From Desulfomonilia bacterium (GTDB taxonomy: Bacteria > Desulfobacterota > Desulfomonilia > UBA1062), in NCBI GenBank assembly GCA_050014195.1, contig JBEKDT010000007.1, positions 1-64,000 of the forward strand: a DNA stretch of 64,000 nucleotides, written 5' to 3'. Below are positions 31,078 to 40,198 of the stretch, one piece after another (the stretch's first letter is position 1; every line of letters begins with the position of its first letter). The translations under genes were made by a program, and so were the position numbers. The notes beneath the pieces were generated by a model. The model worked only from the letters and a program-made list of their open reading frames with translations, was not told the DNA's origin and searched no databases.

Positions 31078-31463
31078 TTATTCATGGTTTTTTAAAACCT
31101 TTAACTCATAATCTGCATCGATAATCTCATACAGCTCTTCATCCTCATACAGCTCATCATCGACTCTTCAGACCTGGGCAGGGCACATATCAGTCATATC
31201 CCTGGCTATGACCGATACTCAGTCTGCCGGCAGTGCGGCATCATATACACATCTGCAAATCTCTCGGCAACAGCCTCAGGCTCTACATAGGTAAACTGAT
31301 CAAGCATACCTTTGTACAGTTTTTGGGTTAACTTAAGATCCTCATCTTCTCCCGGCATCTTAAAATGAATAATCTGATTTGCCAGAACGAAAGTTGCCTT
31401 CTCGCTTATTTATAACTGTGGTTTCTTCTTATTTAATCCCTCTGACATTTTTAGGACTGTCAT
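31078..31463 (-). pseudogene. Degenerate ORF remnant (unit 3)
   Basis: MTVLKMSEGLNKKKPQL*ISEKATFVLANQIIHFKMPGEDEDLK...FADVY/DAALPAD*...CPAQV*; same frameshift position as unit 2. Confidence 0.6.
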
Positions 31464-31558
31464 GGTGGGGAAGGTGCTGGCTTGTTCCTGCCCCAAGGCT
31501 TACAGGTCAAATTATGAGATGTTTTCTGAAAGACATAATCAATATTGAAAAGCATTTT

Positions 31559-31610
31559 AATGAATCACCCCGCAGCAAGCTGCGATGAATTAACAATTAA
31601 CCCAGGCAAG
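31559..31610. mobile_element. 52-bp hairpin-bearing mini-insertion
   Basis: Absent from the homologous unit-2 junction (AGCATTTT|ATTAAATTAT); contains CGCAGC-AA-GCTGCG. Confidence 0.55.
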
Positions 31611-31621
31611 ATTAAATTATA

Positions 31622-31655
31622 TTATTCAGTGGTGACATTTGTCACCATTGAATAA
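31622..31655. repeat. 34-bp palindrome (unit 3)
   Basis: TTATTCAGTG-GTGACATTTGTCAC-CATTGAATAA. Confidence 0.95.
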
Positions 31656-31986
31656 CGCATTAATATCAGTGCGTTATAAAGATATTGTGTTACTGATTTA
31701 ATAGGTGTTATAGCGTAACAAAGCAAACAAATAGGATCCTGTTTTACTGGATGCCAAAGTAATTTCCCAGTTATCTTTGTAAATGGGTATCAAACATTTT
31801 CAACAAACCTTTTTTTCAAAACACTCAAACACGTTCTGGGAGACCACGCAGGTCATCTCGGGCTCTCTAACCATATTTCCCACTTTTGGAGACAACATCC
31901 ATGCTTTCATGTTCTCCTCATGCGATGATCTTGTCGGGAGAACTGATTTTGAAGTGCACCTTCTCCAGAAAAGCTCAGGTATCCTC

Positions 31987-32021
31987 TCATGGATCATCAA
32001 TGGCGCTTTGATGATCCATGA
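31987..32021. repeat. 14-bp inverted repeat / hairpin
   Basis: TCATGGATCATCAA-N7-TTGATGATCCATGA. Confidence 0.8.
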
Positions 32022-32088
32022 CAACGGCTAAGCCCACAGACAATCAAACAATTGCCGTTTTTTGATCTTACGCTAATATTCCCAGTAC

Positions 32089-32121
32089 AAGCCCGGATCT
32101 TTCCGGGCTTTCTTTTGTTTT
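32089..32121 (+). terminator. Rho-independent terminator
   Basis: AAGCCCGGA-TCTT-TCCGGGCTT followed by TCTTTTGTTTT. Confidence 0.75.
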
Positions 32122-32184
32122 CAACTACCCTCGCCATAATGGGGATATCCCTGAGATGACTTGTAATGACTTTATGATTGAATG

Positions 32185-32235
32185 ATCAAAGTGCATTAAA
32201 GGCTGTTCTCGTATAGGCCTTTTTTGCACTTTGAT
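32185..32235 (-). terminator. Long stem-loop downstream of 32258-32686
   Basis: ATCAAAGTGCA..AAAGGC-loop-GCCTTT..TGCACTTTGAT. Confidence 0.5.
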
Positions 32236-32257
32236 TCTTGATGGGTAGGGGATGTGC

Positions 32258-32686
32258 TTACGCAACTATGTTTGGATTCCTTTTCTGGCGCTTCTCAAAA
32301 CTGTCATCCTCGATGTGACCTGTTATCTGCATTATTTTCCTCAGGATCCTGACATCTTTCTGTTTCGTGATGAGTTTACTCCTTACCAGATCGAGGATAT
32401 TTTCTTCGTCAGTATCAAGCATCTTTGACCAGCCTGTTGCTTGTTTTTCTATATAATTCCAATGCTTATTCAACTGTTTTCTTTTTACATCGATGTACTT
32501 TGTGAGATCTTTTAATAGATCCGGCTTTTCCACTATTCTCCTTCCGTGTAAATATCTCATCTCGATTTCTTTGAGTATCTGCTTTGTCTTTACTTCCCAT
32601 GATCCATTAATCCTTGAGTTCCATAGCCTAGTGTCGATGTAAGCCTCTAATTTTGACTTCTTCCGTGATGCGGGTTTTGGGTTCAT
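32258..32686 (-). CDS. Basic hypothetical protein (possibly DNA-binding or Rep-related)
   Basis: 142-aa ORF with GGAGG RBS; Lys/Arg-rich; no motif recognised with certainty. Confidence 0.6.
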   Translation of the reverse strand: MNPKPASRKKSKLEAYIDTRLWNSRINGSWEVKTKQILKEIEMRYLHGRRIVEKPDLLKDLTKYIDVKRKQLNKHWNYIEKQATGWSKMLDTDEENILDLVRSKLITKQKDVRILRKIMQITGHIEDDSFEKRQKRNPNIVA

Positions 32687-33599
32687 TTTGCCTCCAGAAT
32701 GTTCGATTTTTAAAAAAGGTTCTTTATAAAATAATAATAAATAGTATATATAATAAATAAGTAGTTGCTGTTCAAAATCATATTTTCACTCCCCATCTGT
32801 TTTGGGATATATTTTGTCCCGAGCATCTGTAAAATATAATGTGACTGACTTTAAATCCGTGTCTTGTTTTTTGGGGTCCCTGATTTCAGCATATCCCTAT
32901 TACGATCTGAAAATGGATTCGAGGTGATTGATGAAAAATATACGACCTAATTTTTTGTACCTTCATTATCGGCTCATCAATTTTCATCCTGGTCATGTGC
33001 ATTATTGCTCTTGTCTTCCATTCCTCTCCCGCCCCGCTGTTGTTGGTGTTTGTGAAGCCATAACAATGGATGCCCTGAAAAAACATACACCCATCCCAAG
33101 TGTTGAAATTGTATCAAAGAAAGATGTCTTGGGTATGTGCAGAGATTTATGATCTCATTGACCCCTTAAAATCCCCCAGGATCGTTTTTTAGGGTCAGAT
33201 AGAATTATAATAGAGTGCGATGCTCTGTGCAGGCACCTGCCAAGCATAGATCTTTATTTCATAATCTCTGGTCGAGCGTTTACTCATGGAACCGTAGGTT
33301 ATATTGCTTACTCTACACTTTGCCCAACCTATAGATTTGTAAACATAATCTCTGGTTGAGGGAGTGGAGATGTAGCCGATGATTTAGTGCAAAAATCATC
33401 GGTATTAGAAAAGTGATGATTATATTGCATAATCATCGCTTTAGCGCCTAGGCTTGACTGAGGCCGTCCGGCGACGACCTCAAATTTTGTTTGTAGTTCT
33501 GGCAAGGGCAGGGATTTCAACTCTTACTTCGCATTGAGCTTCGATCTGGGAGCCTGGGCTGATTGGTCTTGGTTTCCATAATTGGTATTCTTCTGTTTG

Positions 33600-34628
33600 T
33601 CATACCCATCTCTTTTCCATCTCGGCATTGTATTCGCCGCGGCGCGCAGCCTTGTTACACATGGCTCGATGATACAGAGCCTGCTGTGCCAGCAACACGT
33701 GGGCCTCATTGCCTTGCCAAATCTCTAAAGCCGGTTGCTGGATGGCACGGGCAAACGAAAAGGCCAATGCCCAAGGCAGTCGCGACTTGAATCTAACATT
33801 CATGGCATTCAACCGGGCTGAAGCCAGTTCACCGGATTGGCCGCCCGACAAGAACGCAATCCCCGGAACGGCAGCGGGAACGGCTCGCTTTAGACATCTC
33901 ACCGTGGCGTCGGCCACCTCGTCCACCGCTTCTTGCTTGGGGCAGGTCAATCCCGGAAGCACCATGTTTGGCTTCAGGATCATTCCCTCAAGCATCACCC
34001 GTTGTGTGTAAAGATGGTTGAAAACTGTTCGCAGGACTTCCTCCGTTACCTCGAAGCACCGCTCCAGGGTATGCTCGCCGTCCATGAGCACTTCCGGCTC
34101 GACGACCGAGACCAGTCCGGCTTCCTGACACAAGGCAGCATAGCGAGCTAACGCCTGCGCATTGGCCTCGATACAACCCCGACTGGGAATGCCATCGGTT
34201 ATGGTAATCACCGCGCGCCATTTGGCAAAACGGGCACCCATTTGAGAGTATTCAACCAGTCGGTCGCGCAATCCGTCCAGACCTTCGGATATTTTCTCTC
34301 CGGGATGACCGGCCATGTCCTTTGCACCGGTATCCACTTTGATGCCGGGAATGATTCCCGCATCGATGATGGCTTTAACAAAGGGAGTGCCATCTTTCTT
34401 CTGCTGGCGGATTGTTTCGTCATAGAGGATCGCACCACTAATGCACTCTCCGAGACCGAGCGTGGTCACAATCAACTCTCGATAGGCGCGCCGGGCCTCG
34501 ACGGTCTGGGGAATTCCCAACCTGGCAAATCGTTTGTTGCAGGTTGGAGTGCTTTCATCCATTGCTAGCAGGCCCTTGTCGCCTGCGACCAGCGTCCTCG
34601 CGGTGTTTATAAGCTCTTGTGCATTCAT
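33600..34628 (-). CDS. Fructose-bisphosphate aldolase class I (eukaryote-like type)
   Basis: KGLLAMDES, GIIPGIKVD, ARFAKWRAV, VEPEVLMDG, ILKPNMV (Schiff-base Lys), FLSGGQ, FSFARA. Start at MNAQEL. Confidence 0.95.
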   Translation of the reverse strand: MNAQELINTARTLVAGDKGLLAMDESTPTCNKRFARLGIPQTVEARRAYRELIVTTLGLGECISGAILYDETIRQQKKDGTPFVKAIIDAGIIPGIKVDTGAKDMAGHPGEKISEGLDGLRDRLVEYSQMGARFAKWRAVITITDGIPSRGCIEANAQALARYAALCQEAGLVSVVEPEVLMDGEHTLERCFEVTEEVLRTVFNHLYTQRVMLEGMILKPNMVLPGLTCPKQEAVDEVADATVRCLKRAVPAAVPGIAFLSGGQSGELASARLNAMNVRFKSRLPWALAFSFARAIQQPALEIWQGNEAHVLLAQQALYHRAMCNKAARRGEYNAEMEKRWV

Positions 34629-34639
34629 TTGGGGTAGCC

Positions 34640-34716
34640 TCACTTCCATGCCAGATTTCCGGCATGTCTTGGCCATGCTTGTCGATGTACTGCTTGTGCT
34701 CGATGAGCTTGTCCTG
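34640..34716 (-). pseudogene. C-terminal remnant of phosphoketolase (Xfp family)
   Basis: Minus frame QDKLIEHKQYIDKHGQDMPEI followed by a frameshifted WK; matches the recalled phosphoketolase C-terminus. Confidence 0.75.
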
Positions 34717-34939
34717 CCAGTTAGATGACCTCTCATTAGTTTTTACTTATTTTATGATCATATTACACCCTCTTCAAGGGCTTTTCTAGGATCATCAAGC
34801 TGATAGATCTCAGGAAATCGTCAGGCCCAGTGAAGATGATAACCATGCGCTAGTAAAGATGTAAAAGTATGGCAGGGTATACCGAGCTGATAAAATCTCC
34901 GGTTGCATCCTGTTCGATCATGCCACATAAGAGGAAGAC

Positions 34940-36220
34940 ATGGATCTCACACATATCTTCTACCGGTTCGGGGTGGCGCTGACCATCGGATTTCTTATCG
35001 GTTTGCAGCGGGAATATGCATCCGAAAAGGAAGACGACCTCAAGGATTCGGAGCAGTTTCTTTTTGCAGGAGCCCGCACCTTTGCACTCATGGCGCTCTT
35101 TGGATGCACCTCGGCATTCATCGGGGAGATGGCAGGTTCGTACTGGGCTGCCATTGTCCCGATGGCAGTTCCCGGAGTGCTCATCACGGTTGCCTACGTC
35201 ATGAATGCCAGTCGCGGGAAGTTGGGCATGACCACCGAGATGGCCGCACTCATGACGATCCTCATCGGCGCCATGTGCTACTGGGATCACATTGTTCTGG
35301 CCACGGCTCTCGGGGTCGTCACCATGACACTCTTGTCCGTGAAGATGCAGACTCACAAGCTGGCCCACATGATATCCCGTGAAGATCTCTACGCCACCAT
35401 CAAGTTCGCCATCATCACGGCCATCATCCTGCCGATCCTACCGCAAACGGGATATGGCCCGGCTCCATTCAATGTTCTCATCCCATTCAACATCTGGCTC
35501 ATGGTTGTCTTTGTCTCAGGCATCAGCTTTTTCGGATATATTCTCATAAAGTTCATCGGGCCCGGACGCGGGGTCGGGCTGACAGGCCTGCTTGGCGGTT
35601 TCGTATCAAGCACGGCCGTAACCTTGAGCTTTTCGCAGCGTAGCCACAACTCGCAGCAGCTCTCACGGGCATTAGCCCTTGGGATCATGGCCGCATGGGC
35701 GGTGATGTTTCTTCGCATCATAGTCATTGCGGCCGTGCTCAACAGGAATCTGCTCACCTATCTGTGGATGCCCATGACCGTGGCACTGCTCGTCTCGGTT
35801 TGCTACTGCACATATCTCTTCGTGTACAGGAAGGACCAGGACTCGTCCGGCTTAGAGGATTTCAAGAACCCCTTTGACCTCATTCCGGCCATAACCTTCG
35901 GCCTGCTCTATGCGGTCATCCTGCTCTTGGCCCATTGGGCGCAGATCTACTTCGGGGAGGCAGGTGCATACGCCTCGGGCGTCTTGTCAGGCCTGGTGGA
36001 TGTTGATGCAATCACTGTATCCATGTCCGAACTCAGCTTACAGAGGACTGGCCTGGCTCCGGCAACAGCATCCCGCGCCATCGTCTTCGCTGCAGCCTCG
36101 AACACACTTATCAAGGGCTGCATCGTGCTCTTTACGGCAACGGCATCGCTGCGCAAGATAATACTTCCAGGTATGGTCCTCATCCTGGCAACTGCAGTCG
36201 GGGTGGCGATGCTCATCTGA
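34940..36220 (+). CDS. MgtC/SapB-family membrane protein with DUF4010
   Basis: GFLIGLQRE, AGARTF, GMTTE, GGFVSSTA, SGLVDVDAI; many hydrophobic segments. Confidence 0.9.
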   Translation: MDLTHIFYRFGVALTIGFLIGLQREYASEKEDDLKDSEQFLFAGARTFALMALFGCTSAFIGEMAGSYWAAIVPMAVPGVLITVAYVMNASRGKLGMTTEMAALMTILIGAMCYWDHIVLATALGVVTMTLLSVKMQTHKLAHMISREDLYATIKFAIITAIILPILPQTGYGPAPFNVLIPFNIWLMVVFVSGISFFGYILIKFIGPGRGVGLTGLLGGFVSSTAVTLSFSQRSHNSQQLSRALALGIMAAWAVMFLRIIVIAAVLNRNLLTYLWMPMTVALLVSVCYCTYLFVYRKDQDSSGLEDFKNPFDLIPAITFGLLYAVILLLAHWAQIYFGEAGAYASGVLSGLVDVDAITVSMSELSLQRTGLAPATASRAIVFAAASNTLIKGCIVLFTATASLRKIILPGMVLILATAVGVAMLI

Positions 36221-36430
36221 TCCTCTAGGACCAAACAGCAGAGAGAATAGGTATTGATTGTCAGACAAACCCTTGTCATTCTGGCAAGTTTAATGGTGCC
36301 CTTTAGGGTATTTTGTCATTTTGTTCCTGCCCATGTCCTGACAGGAGGCCTTTCTGCCAAAGTGGCAGTCTCAGAAAAAGTCGGCTGTTTATTATCCCCT
36401 GTTATAATTGAGTTATAAGTTGTCAGAACC

Positions 36431-36446
36431 TGGCATGCCCCTTGCT
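36431..36446 (+). promoter_or_regulatory. sigma54 promoter of a small-membrane-protein operon
   Basis: TGGCAT-GCCCC-TTGCT. Upstream TGYCA-N3-TGGCA palindromes at 36274-36286 and 36355-36367. Confidence 0.8.
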
Positions 36447-36494
36447 TTAGGTAAGGTAGAAAGAAAAAAACAAACCCCAAGGGAGGGAATAACC

Positions 36495-36671
36495 ATGATG
36501 ACATTGTGGATCGTAATAGGCGCACTGTTCATAACCGGCATCGGCATCAGGTTCACCTACAAGGTATTGGGACTCACTCCGACAGAAGCAACCGCAGTGT
36601 TCGTCCTGGTGGTCACTCTGGTAACCATCAATACCGGCCCGGCACGTGAGATCCTCATGAACCTGTTCTAA
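36495..36671 (+). CDS. Small two-TM hypothetical protein (58 aa)
   Basis: GGGAGG RBS; MMTLWIVIGALFITGIGIRF...AVFVLVVTLV. Confidence 0.75.
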   Translation: MMTLWIVIGALFITGIGIRFTYKVLGLTPTEATAVFVLVVTLVTINTGPAREILMNLF

Positions 36672-36709
36672 GGTAGGACAGGATAGAAAAACGGATTAGA
36701 AGGAAGGCC

Positions 36710-36946
36710 ATGAAACGGATCAAGAAAGTAAAGATCGAAAGGGCTAACAGACTGGTTCGGATCAGCGGCTACAGCTTAGTGCTCGTTACGATGACCTTCC
36801 TCGGACTCTACGGTGGCATGTATCTCGATAGGGTTCTCGGCATGGCACCAAATTTCACGCTGGTCGGTCTGGTGGCCGGCATCGTGCTGGGCTTCACGGG
36901 GTTCATCCATGAAGTCTTGATTGAGAGAAAGGAAAAGAAGGCTTAG
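36710..36946 (+). CDS. AtpZ/AtpI (ATPase gene-1)-like small membrane protein
   Basis: GLYGGMYLDRVLGMAPNFTLVGLVAGIVLGF matches the G..LD...P.F...G..G pattern. Confidence 0.8.
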   Translation: MKRIKKVKIERANRLVRISGYSLVLVTMTFLGLYGGMYLDRVLGMAPNFTLVGLVAGIVLGFTGFIHEVLIERKEKKA

Positions 36947-36948
36947 CT

Positions 36949-37053
36949 ATGAAAATCATCTTCATCACTATCGGCATCATAGCATTCCTGGCCTTGGCAA
37001 TAAGGTTCCTGAATCGCTTGGGGCACGCTCCCAGAACAGTACATAGCCGGTAA
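36949..37053 (+). CDS. 34-aa single-TM microprotein
   Basis: MKIIFITIGIIAFLALAIRFLNRLGHAPRTVHSR*; starts 2 bp after the previous stop. Confidence 0.6.
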   Translation: MKIIFITIGIIAFLALAIRFLNRLGHAPRTVHSR

Positions 37054-37216
37054 TTAATTAATCAACTACATCTCTTCTACGGTGTACTGCTCTCCTGGAA
37101 CTATCCATATCACACACCACGGCCCCCAATGGGTCGTGCTTTTTGTACAACTTCTCCAGCAAAAAAAAGCAACGAGCTGCCTGATATTGGCAACCCGCTT
37201 TCGTGATGCCGCTTCT

Positions 37217-39016
37217 TCAGGAGGCCCCTCCCATCAGTGCCTTGATCTCGTCGTGGTCGATCTTTTCCTTGTCCAGCAACAGACTCGCGCCTTTGGCAAG
37301 CACGTCCTTCCTCTGCTTAAGGATATCCATGGCGACTTTATACTGGGCAAAGACGATCTGCCGGATCTCTGTATCAATGGCCTGTGCCGTTGATTCGCTG
37401 TAATCGCCGCGATTATCCATGCCGAAGTCCATGAACTGTGAACGTCTGTCATGGGCGAGGTAAACCTGACCGAGCGAATCGCTCATGCCGTATTCCTTGA
37501 CCATGCTCTTTGCGATATCCGTTGCACGGGAAAGGTCGTTTTGCGCACCAGTGGATATATCGCCGAAGATGATCTCTTCCGCAGCCCTGCCGCCCAGCAG
37601 GGATGCAACCTTGTTCAGGAGCTCGGTTTTGCTCATGAGAAACCGGTCCTCTGTGGGCACCTGCATGGTGTAACCGAGTGCTGCAATACCCCGGGGGATG
37701 ATGGAGATCTTCTGGACCGGGTCAGTGCCGGGAAGGCTCATGGCGACTATTGCGTGGCCCATCTCATGGTGCGCGACTACGTCTCGCTCATGTGGATTGA
37801 TGACCCGGTTCTTCTTCTCGAGCCCACCGATGATACGTTCCACTGCCTCCTGGAACTCGCTCATGCCCACGAGCTTCTTGTTACGCCTGACCGCAAGCAG
37901 TGCCGCTTCGTTTGCGAGGTTCGCCAGGTCGGCTCCCACCATACCGGGTGTCATGGCTGCAAGCTTCTCAATATCGACATCGGGTTCGGTTTTGACCGTG
38001 CGCAGGTGAACCTTGAGGATGTCCTCCCTTCCCTTTTTATCGGGACGATCCACCAGGATATGGCGGTCGAACCTTCCCGGTCTGAGCAAGGCCGGGTCCA
38101 GGATCTCGGGCCTGTTGGTGGCTGCCATGAGGATGACCCCCACCTTCGAGTCGAAACCGTCCATCTCCACCAGGAGCTGGTTCAGCGTCTGCTCGCGTTC
38201 GTCATGGCCGCCCATGACTCCGCCAATCCCCCGCGCCTTGCCCAGGGCATCGAGCTCGTCGATAAATATGATGCAGGGGGCCTTCTCCTTGGCCTGGACA
38301 AAGAGGTCTCTCACCCGGGCGGCGCCAAGGCCCACGAACATCTCCACGAAGTCGGAACCGCTCATGCTGAAAAACGGCACACCGCTTTCCCCGGCCACGG
38401 CCTTTGCCAGCAGGGTCTTGCCGGTGCCCGGAGGCCCCACTAAAAGGATGCCCTTGGGGATCTTACCCCCGAGCTCGCCGAATTTGGCAGGGTGCTTGAG
38501 GAAGTCGATCACCTCCACGAGCTCCTGCTCCGCCTCATCCACGCCTGCTACATCGGTGAACCTCACATTGAGCTCGTTTTCCATATAGATCTTGGCCTTG
38601 TTCTTGCCGAGCGACATGAAACCCGGCTGCTGGGCCCCCATGCGCTTCATGAAAAAGTACCAAATCCCGATGAACAGGAATATAGGCAGCACCCAGGAGA
38701 TGATATCGCGCAGAAAGTTAGACTCGATCTCACCTTTGAATGTGACATTGTACTGCTCAAGCGTCTTCGAGAGCTCCTGATCGACCCGCACGGTTTTAAA
38801 TTCTTCAGTCTTTCCCTGAGAGTCCTTCATTTTCCCCTGGATCTTGTTCTGAGAGACGGCGATCTCGGTGACCTTGCCTGTCTTTAACAGCGTCATGAAC
38901 TGGCTGTAGGGTATGGTCTTCACTGCGAACATCGATGCTATGTAGCTCTGAATGATGATCACCACCCAGACCCCGATAAGTATGTAAAAAAAAGAAAATT
39001 TATGCTGTTTCTCCAA
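37217..39016 (-). CDS. ftsH: ATP-dependent zinc metalloprotease FtsH (probably an accessory paralogue)
   Basis: Two N-terminal TMs, [32 protein letters not shown]. Confidence 0.97.
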   Translation of the reverse strand: MEKQHKFSFFYILIGVWVVIIIQSYIASMFAVKTIPYSQFMTLLKTGKVTEIAVSQNKIQGKMKDSQGKTEEFKTVRVDQELSKTLEQYNVTFKGEIESNFLRDIISWVLPIFLFIGIWYFFMKRMGAQQPGFMSLGKNKAKIYMENELNVRFTDVAGVDEAEQELVEVIDFLKHPAKFGELGGKIPKGILLVGPPGTGKTLLAKAVAGESGVPFFSMSGSDFVEMFVGLGAARVRDLFVQAKEKAPCIIFIDELDALGKARGIGGVMGGHDEREQTLNQLLVEMDGFDSKVGVILMAATNRPEILDPALLRPGRFDRHILVDRPDKKGREDILKVHLRTVKTEPDVDIEKLAAMTPGMVGADLANLANEAALLAVRRNKKLVGMSEFQEAVERIIGGLEKKNRVINPHERDVVAHHEMGHAIVAMSLPGTDPVQKISIIPRGIAALGYTMQVPTEDRFLMSKTELLNKVASLLGGRAAEEIIFGDISTGAQNDLSRATDIAKSMVKEYGMSDSLGQVYLAHDRRSQFMDFGMDNRGDYSESTAQAIDTEIRQIVFAQYKVAMDILKQRKDVLAKGASLLLDKEKIDHDEIKALMGGAS

Positions 39017-39135
39017 GTAGGATCCTCCCCTCCATCTATGGCTTATGGCGAAGTGAATAATACTATAGTTAAGTTCGCCGCTATCATCATGGCTTCCAGA
39101 AATCGGAATATTCTTAAGCGTATTGCCTGTCCGCT

Positions 39136-39173
39136 GAATTCCCGGCTTCTTTATTTAAAGAGCCGAGGAATTC
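39136..39173 (-). terminator. Stem-loop between the DUF5692-like gene and ftsH
   Basis: GAATTCCCGGCTTCTTT-ATTT-AAAGAGCCGAGGAATTC, imperfect stem. Confidence 0.45.
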
Positions 39174-39210
39174 TGTATGCCTCTTACAAGCCATTAAAAG
39201 CAATTACTTA

Positions 39211-40146
39211 CTATACTGCGGGAGCAAGCTTGCTCTTTCCAACTTTCTTGTACGAAGGAAGATTTGTATAGATCTCTTCTTTGAGCGGGTTGCGTTTGTA
39301 CTTAAGAACTGTATACACCTGGTAAACAAATACTGCGGCGTTGGAAGCCAGAGCGAGGCTGCTGACAACCCACAGAGCAGTTGCATTGTGTGATGACTTA
39401 ACAGCAAACATTGATGTATCGATGAAATTCGGAAAGGTCATGGCGAACATGCACCAGATGGCAAGGGTCTGGGCACGGTGCTGCAGCCAGGCACCAGTCC
39501 TGATGACGAAAGCGGGAATGGTACAAGAGATCAGAAGAGCTGCTCCGGCATAAAATGCGTGATCGGAAAGACAGTTGTACACATATGCGAAGTTCCAGAG
39601 ATCATATGCAATGATCCAGAACCAGAGCATATCAGGCCATAGCATATCTTTCTTCTTGTCGTTACTTATGAAAATTCCCTGCCAGCCGCAAATAGTGATG
39701 ATATTCAGAAGTCCGGCAATGCCGTTCATGACATTCCATGGACCGCTGAACATAAATACGCCGTCAACCATTCCTCGAGCATGCATGCCGAACACCTGGA
39801 AATCACGAGTACAGGCTTCCAGTATGTTGAGCGCGAGAATAAACGGAGGGAACATCAGGAGATATTTGTTTTTTGCCGCACCCTTGATATGACGAATGAC
39901 AAGGAAGCCAAGGCATCCGGCCAACGCCGAATACACCTTTGCCCAATGAAACCAATCGTTCATGCTGGTGCCTTCTCCGGCAGTGGTCGGCCATAAAGCA
40001 AATGTTAGAATAAGAGGCAGTACAAGAAAAATCAAAAGGGAACACCATTTGTTTAAACGGGCCAGTTCATTGACAAGCATCAAACCGCCAAGAACGGCGA
40101 ACCACATTAGGGCGGAGTACCATGGGATCGGTTGAAATAAAAACAT
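39211..40146 (-). CDS. Integral membrane protein, DUF5692-like
   Basis: WFHWAKVYS, NILEA, WNVMNGIAG, AYDLWNFAYVYNC, WLQHRAQTL. Start at MFLFQ; family assignment from memory. Confidence 0.75.
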   Translation of the reverse strand: MFLFQPIPWYSALMWFAVLGGLMLVNELARLNKWCSLLIFLVLPLILTFALWPTTAGEGTSMNDWFHWAKVYSALAGCLGFLVIRHIKGAAKNKYLLMFPPFILALNILEACTRDFQVFGMHARGMVDGVFMFSGPWNVMNGIAGLLNIITICGWQGIFISNDKKKDMLWPDMLWFWIIAYDLWNFAYVYNCLSDHAFYAGAALLISCTIPAFVIRTGAWLQHRAQTLAIWCMFAMTFPNFIDTSMFAVKSSHNATALWVVSSLALASNAAVFVYQVYTVLKYKRNPLKEEIYTNLPSYKKVGKSKLAPAV

Positions 40147-40198
40147 CGTAATAGCCTTCCTTTCAGAGGAAAATCTGCTGCCAAGATCGATCCTTCGA

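Larger units (their letters stand above)
26647..33500. mobile_element. Degraded integrated element (integrase + parAB + repeated palindromic units); boundaries approximate
   Basis: Tyrosine integrase abutting a chromosomal gene end, plasmid-type parAB, visibly AT-rich low-coding DNA with pseudogenes. No att repeat identified. Confidence 0.7.

Noticed and set aside
30517-31463. TGA recoding (Trp/Sec) rescuing the repeated ORFs
   Set aside because: The same remnants also contain TAA/TAG stops and frameshifts, and intact genes in the window use TGA as a stop.
30355-31655. CRISPR array or integron attC array
   Set aside because: Spacing of ~600 bp is far too long for CRISPR and no cas genes are present. 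No RYYYAAC/GTTRRRY ends were recognised, and the integrase looks phage-type rather than IntI.
31783-32031. 82-aa plus and 74-aa minus ORFs
   Set aside because: No clear RBS or motif; they overlap each other in low-coding DNA.
26649-33333. AACCTATA at 26649 and 33326 as attL/attR
   Set aside because: An 8-bp AT-rich match is expected by chance; no tRNA or longer repeat supports it.
34629-34736. Ser/Thr-rich N-terminal extension of the aldolase in the ORF track
   Set aside because: It is an off-frame reading of the phosphoketolase remnant; the real start is probably 34628.
37451-38443. Long antisense ORFs (330 aa here; also 12062-12958, 8314-9144, 55747-56454)
   Set aside because: These are shadow ORFs opposite well-conserved genes, with no recognisable motifs.
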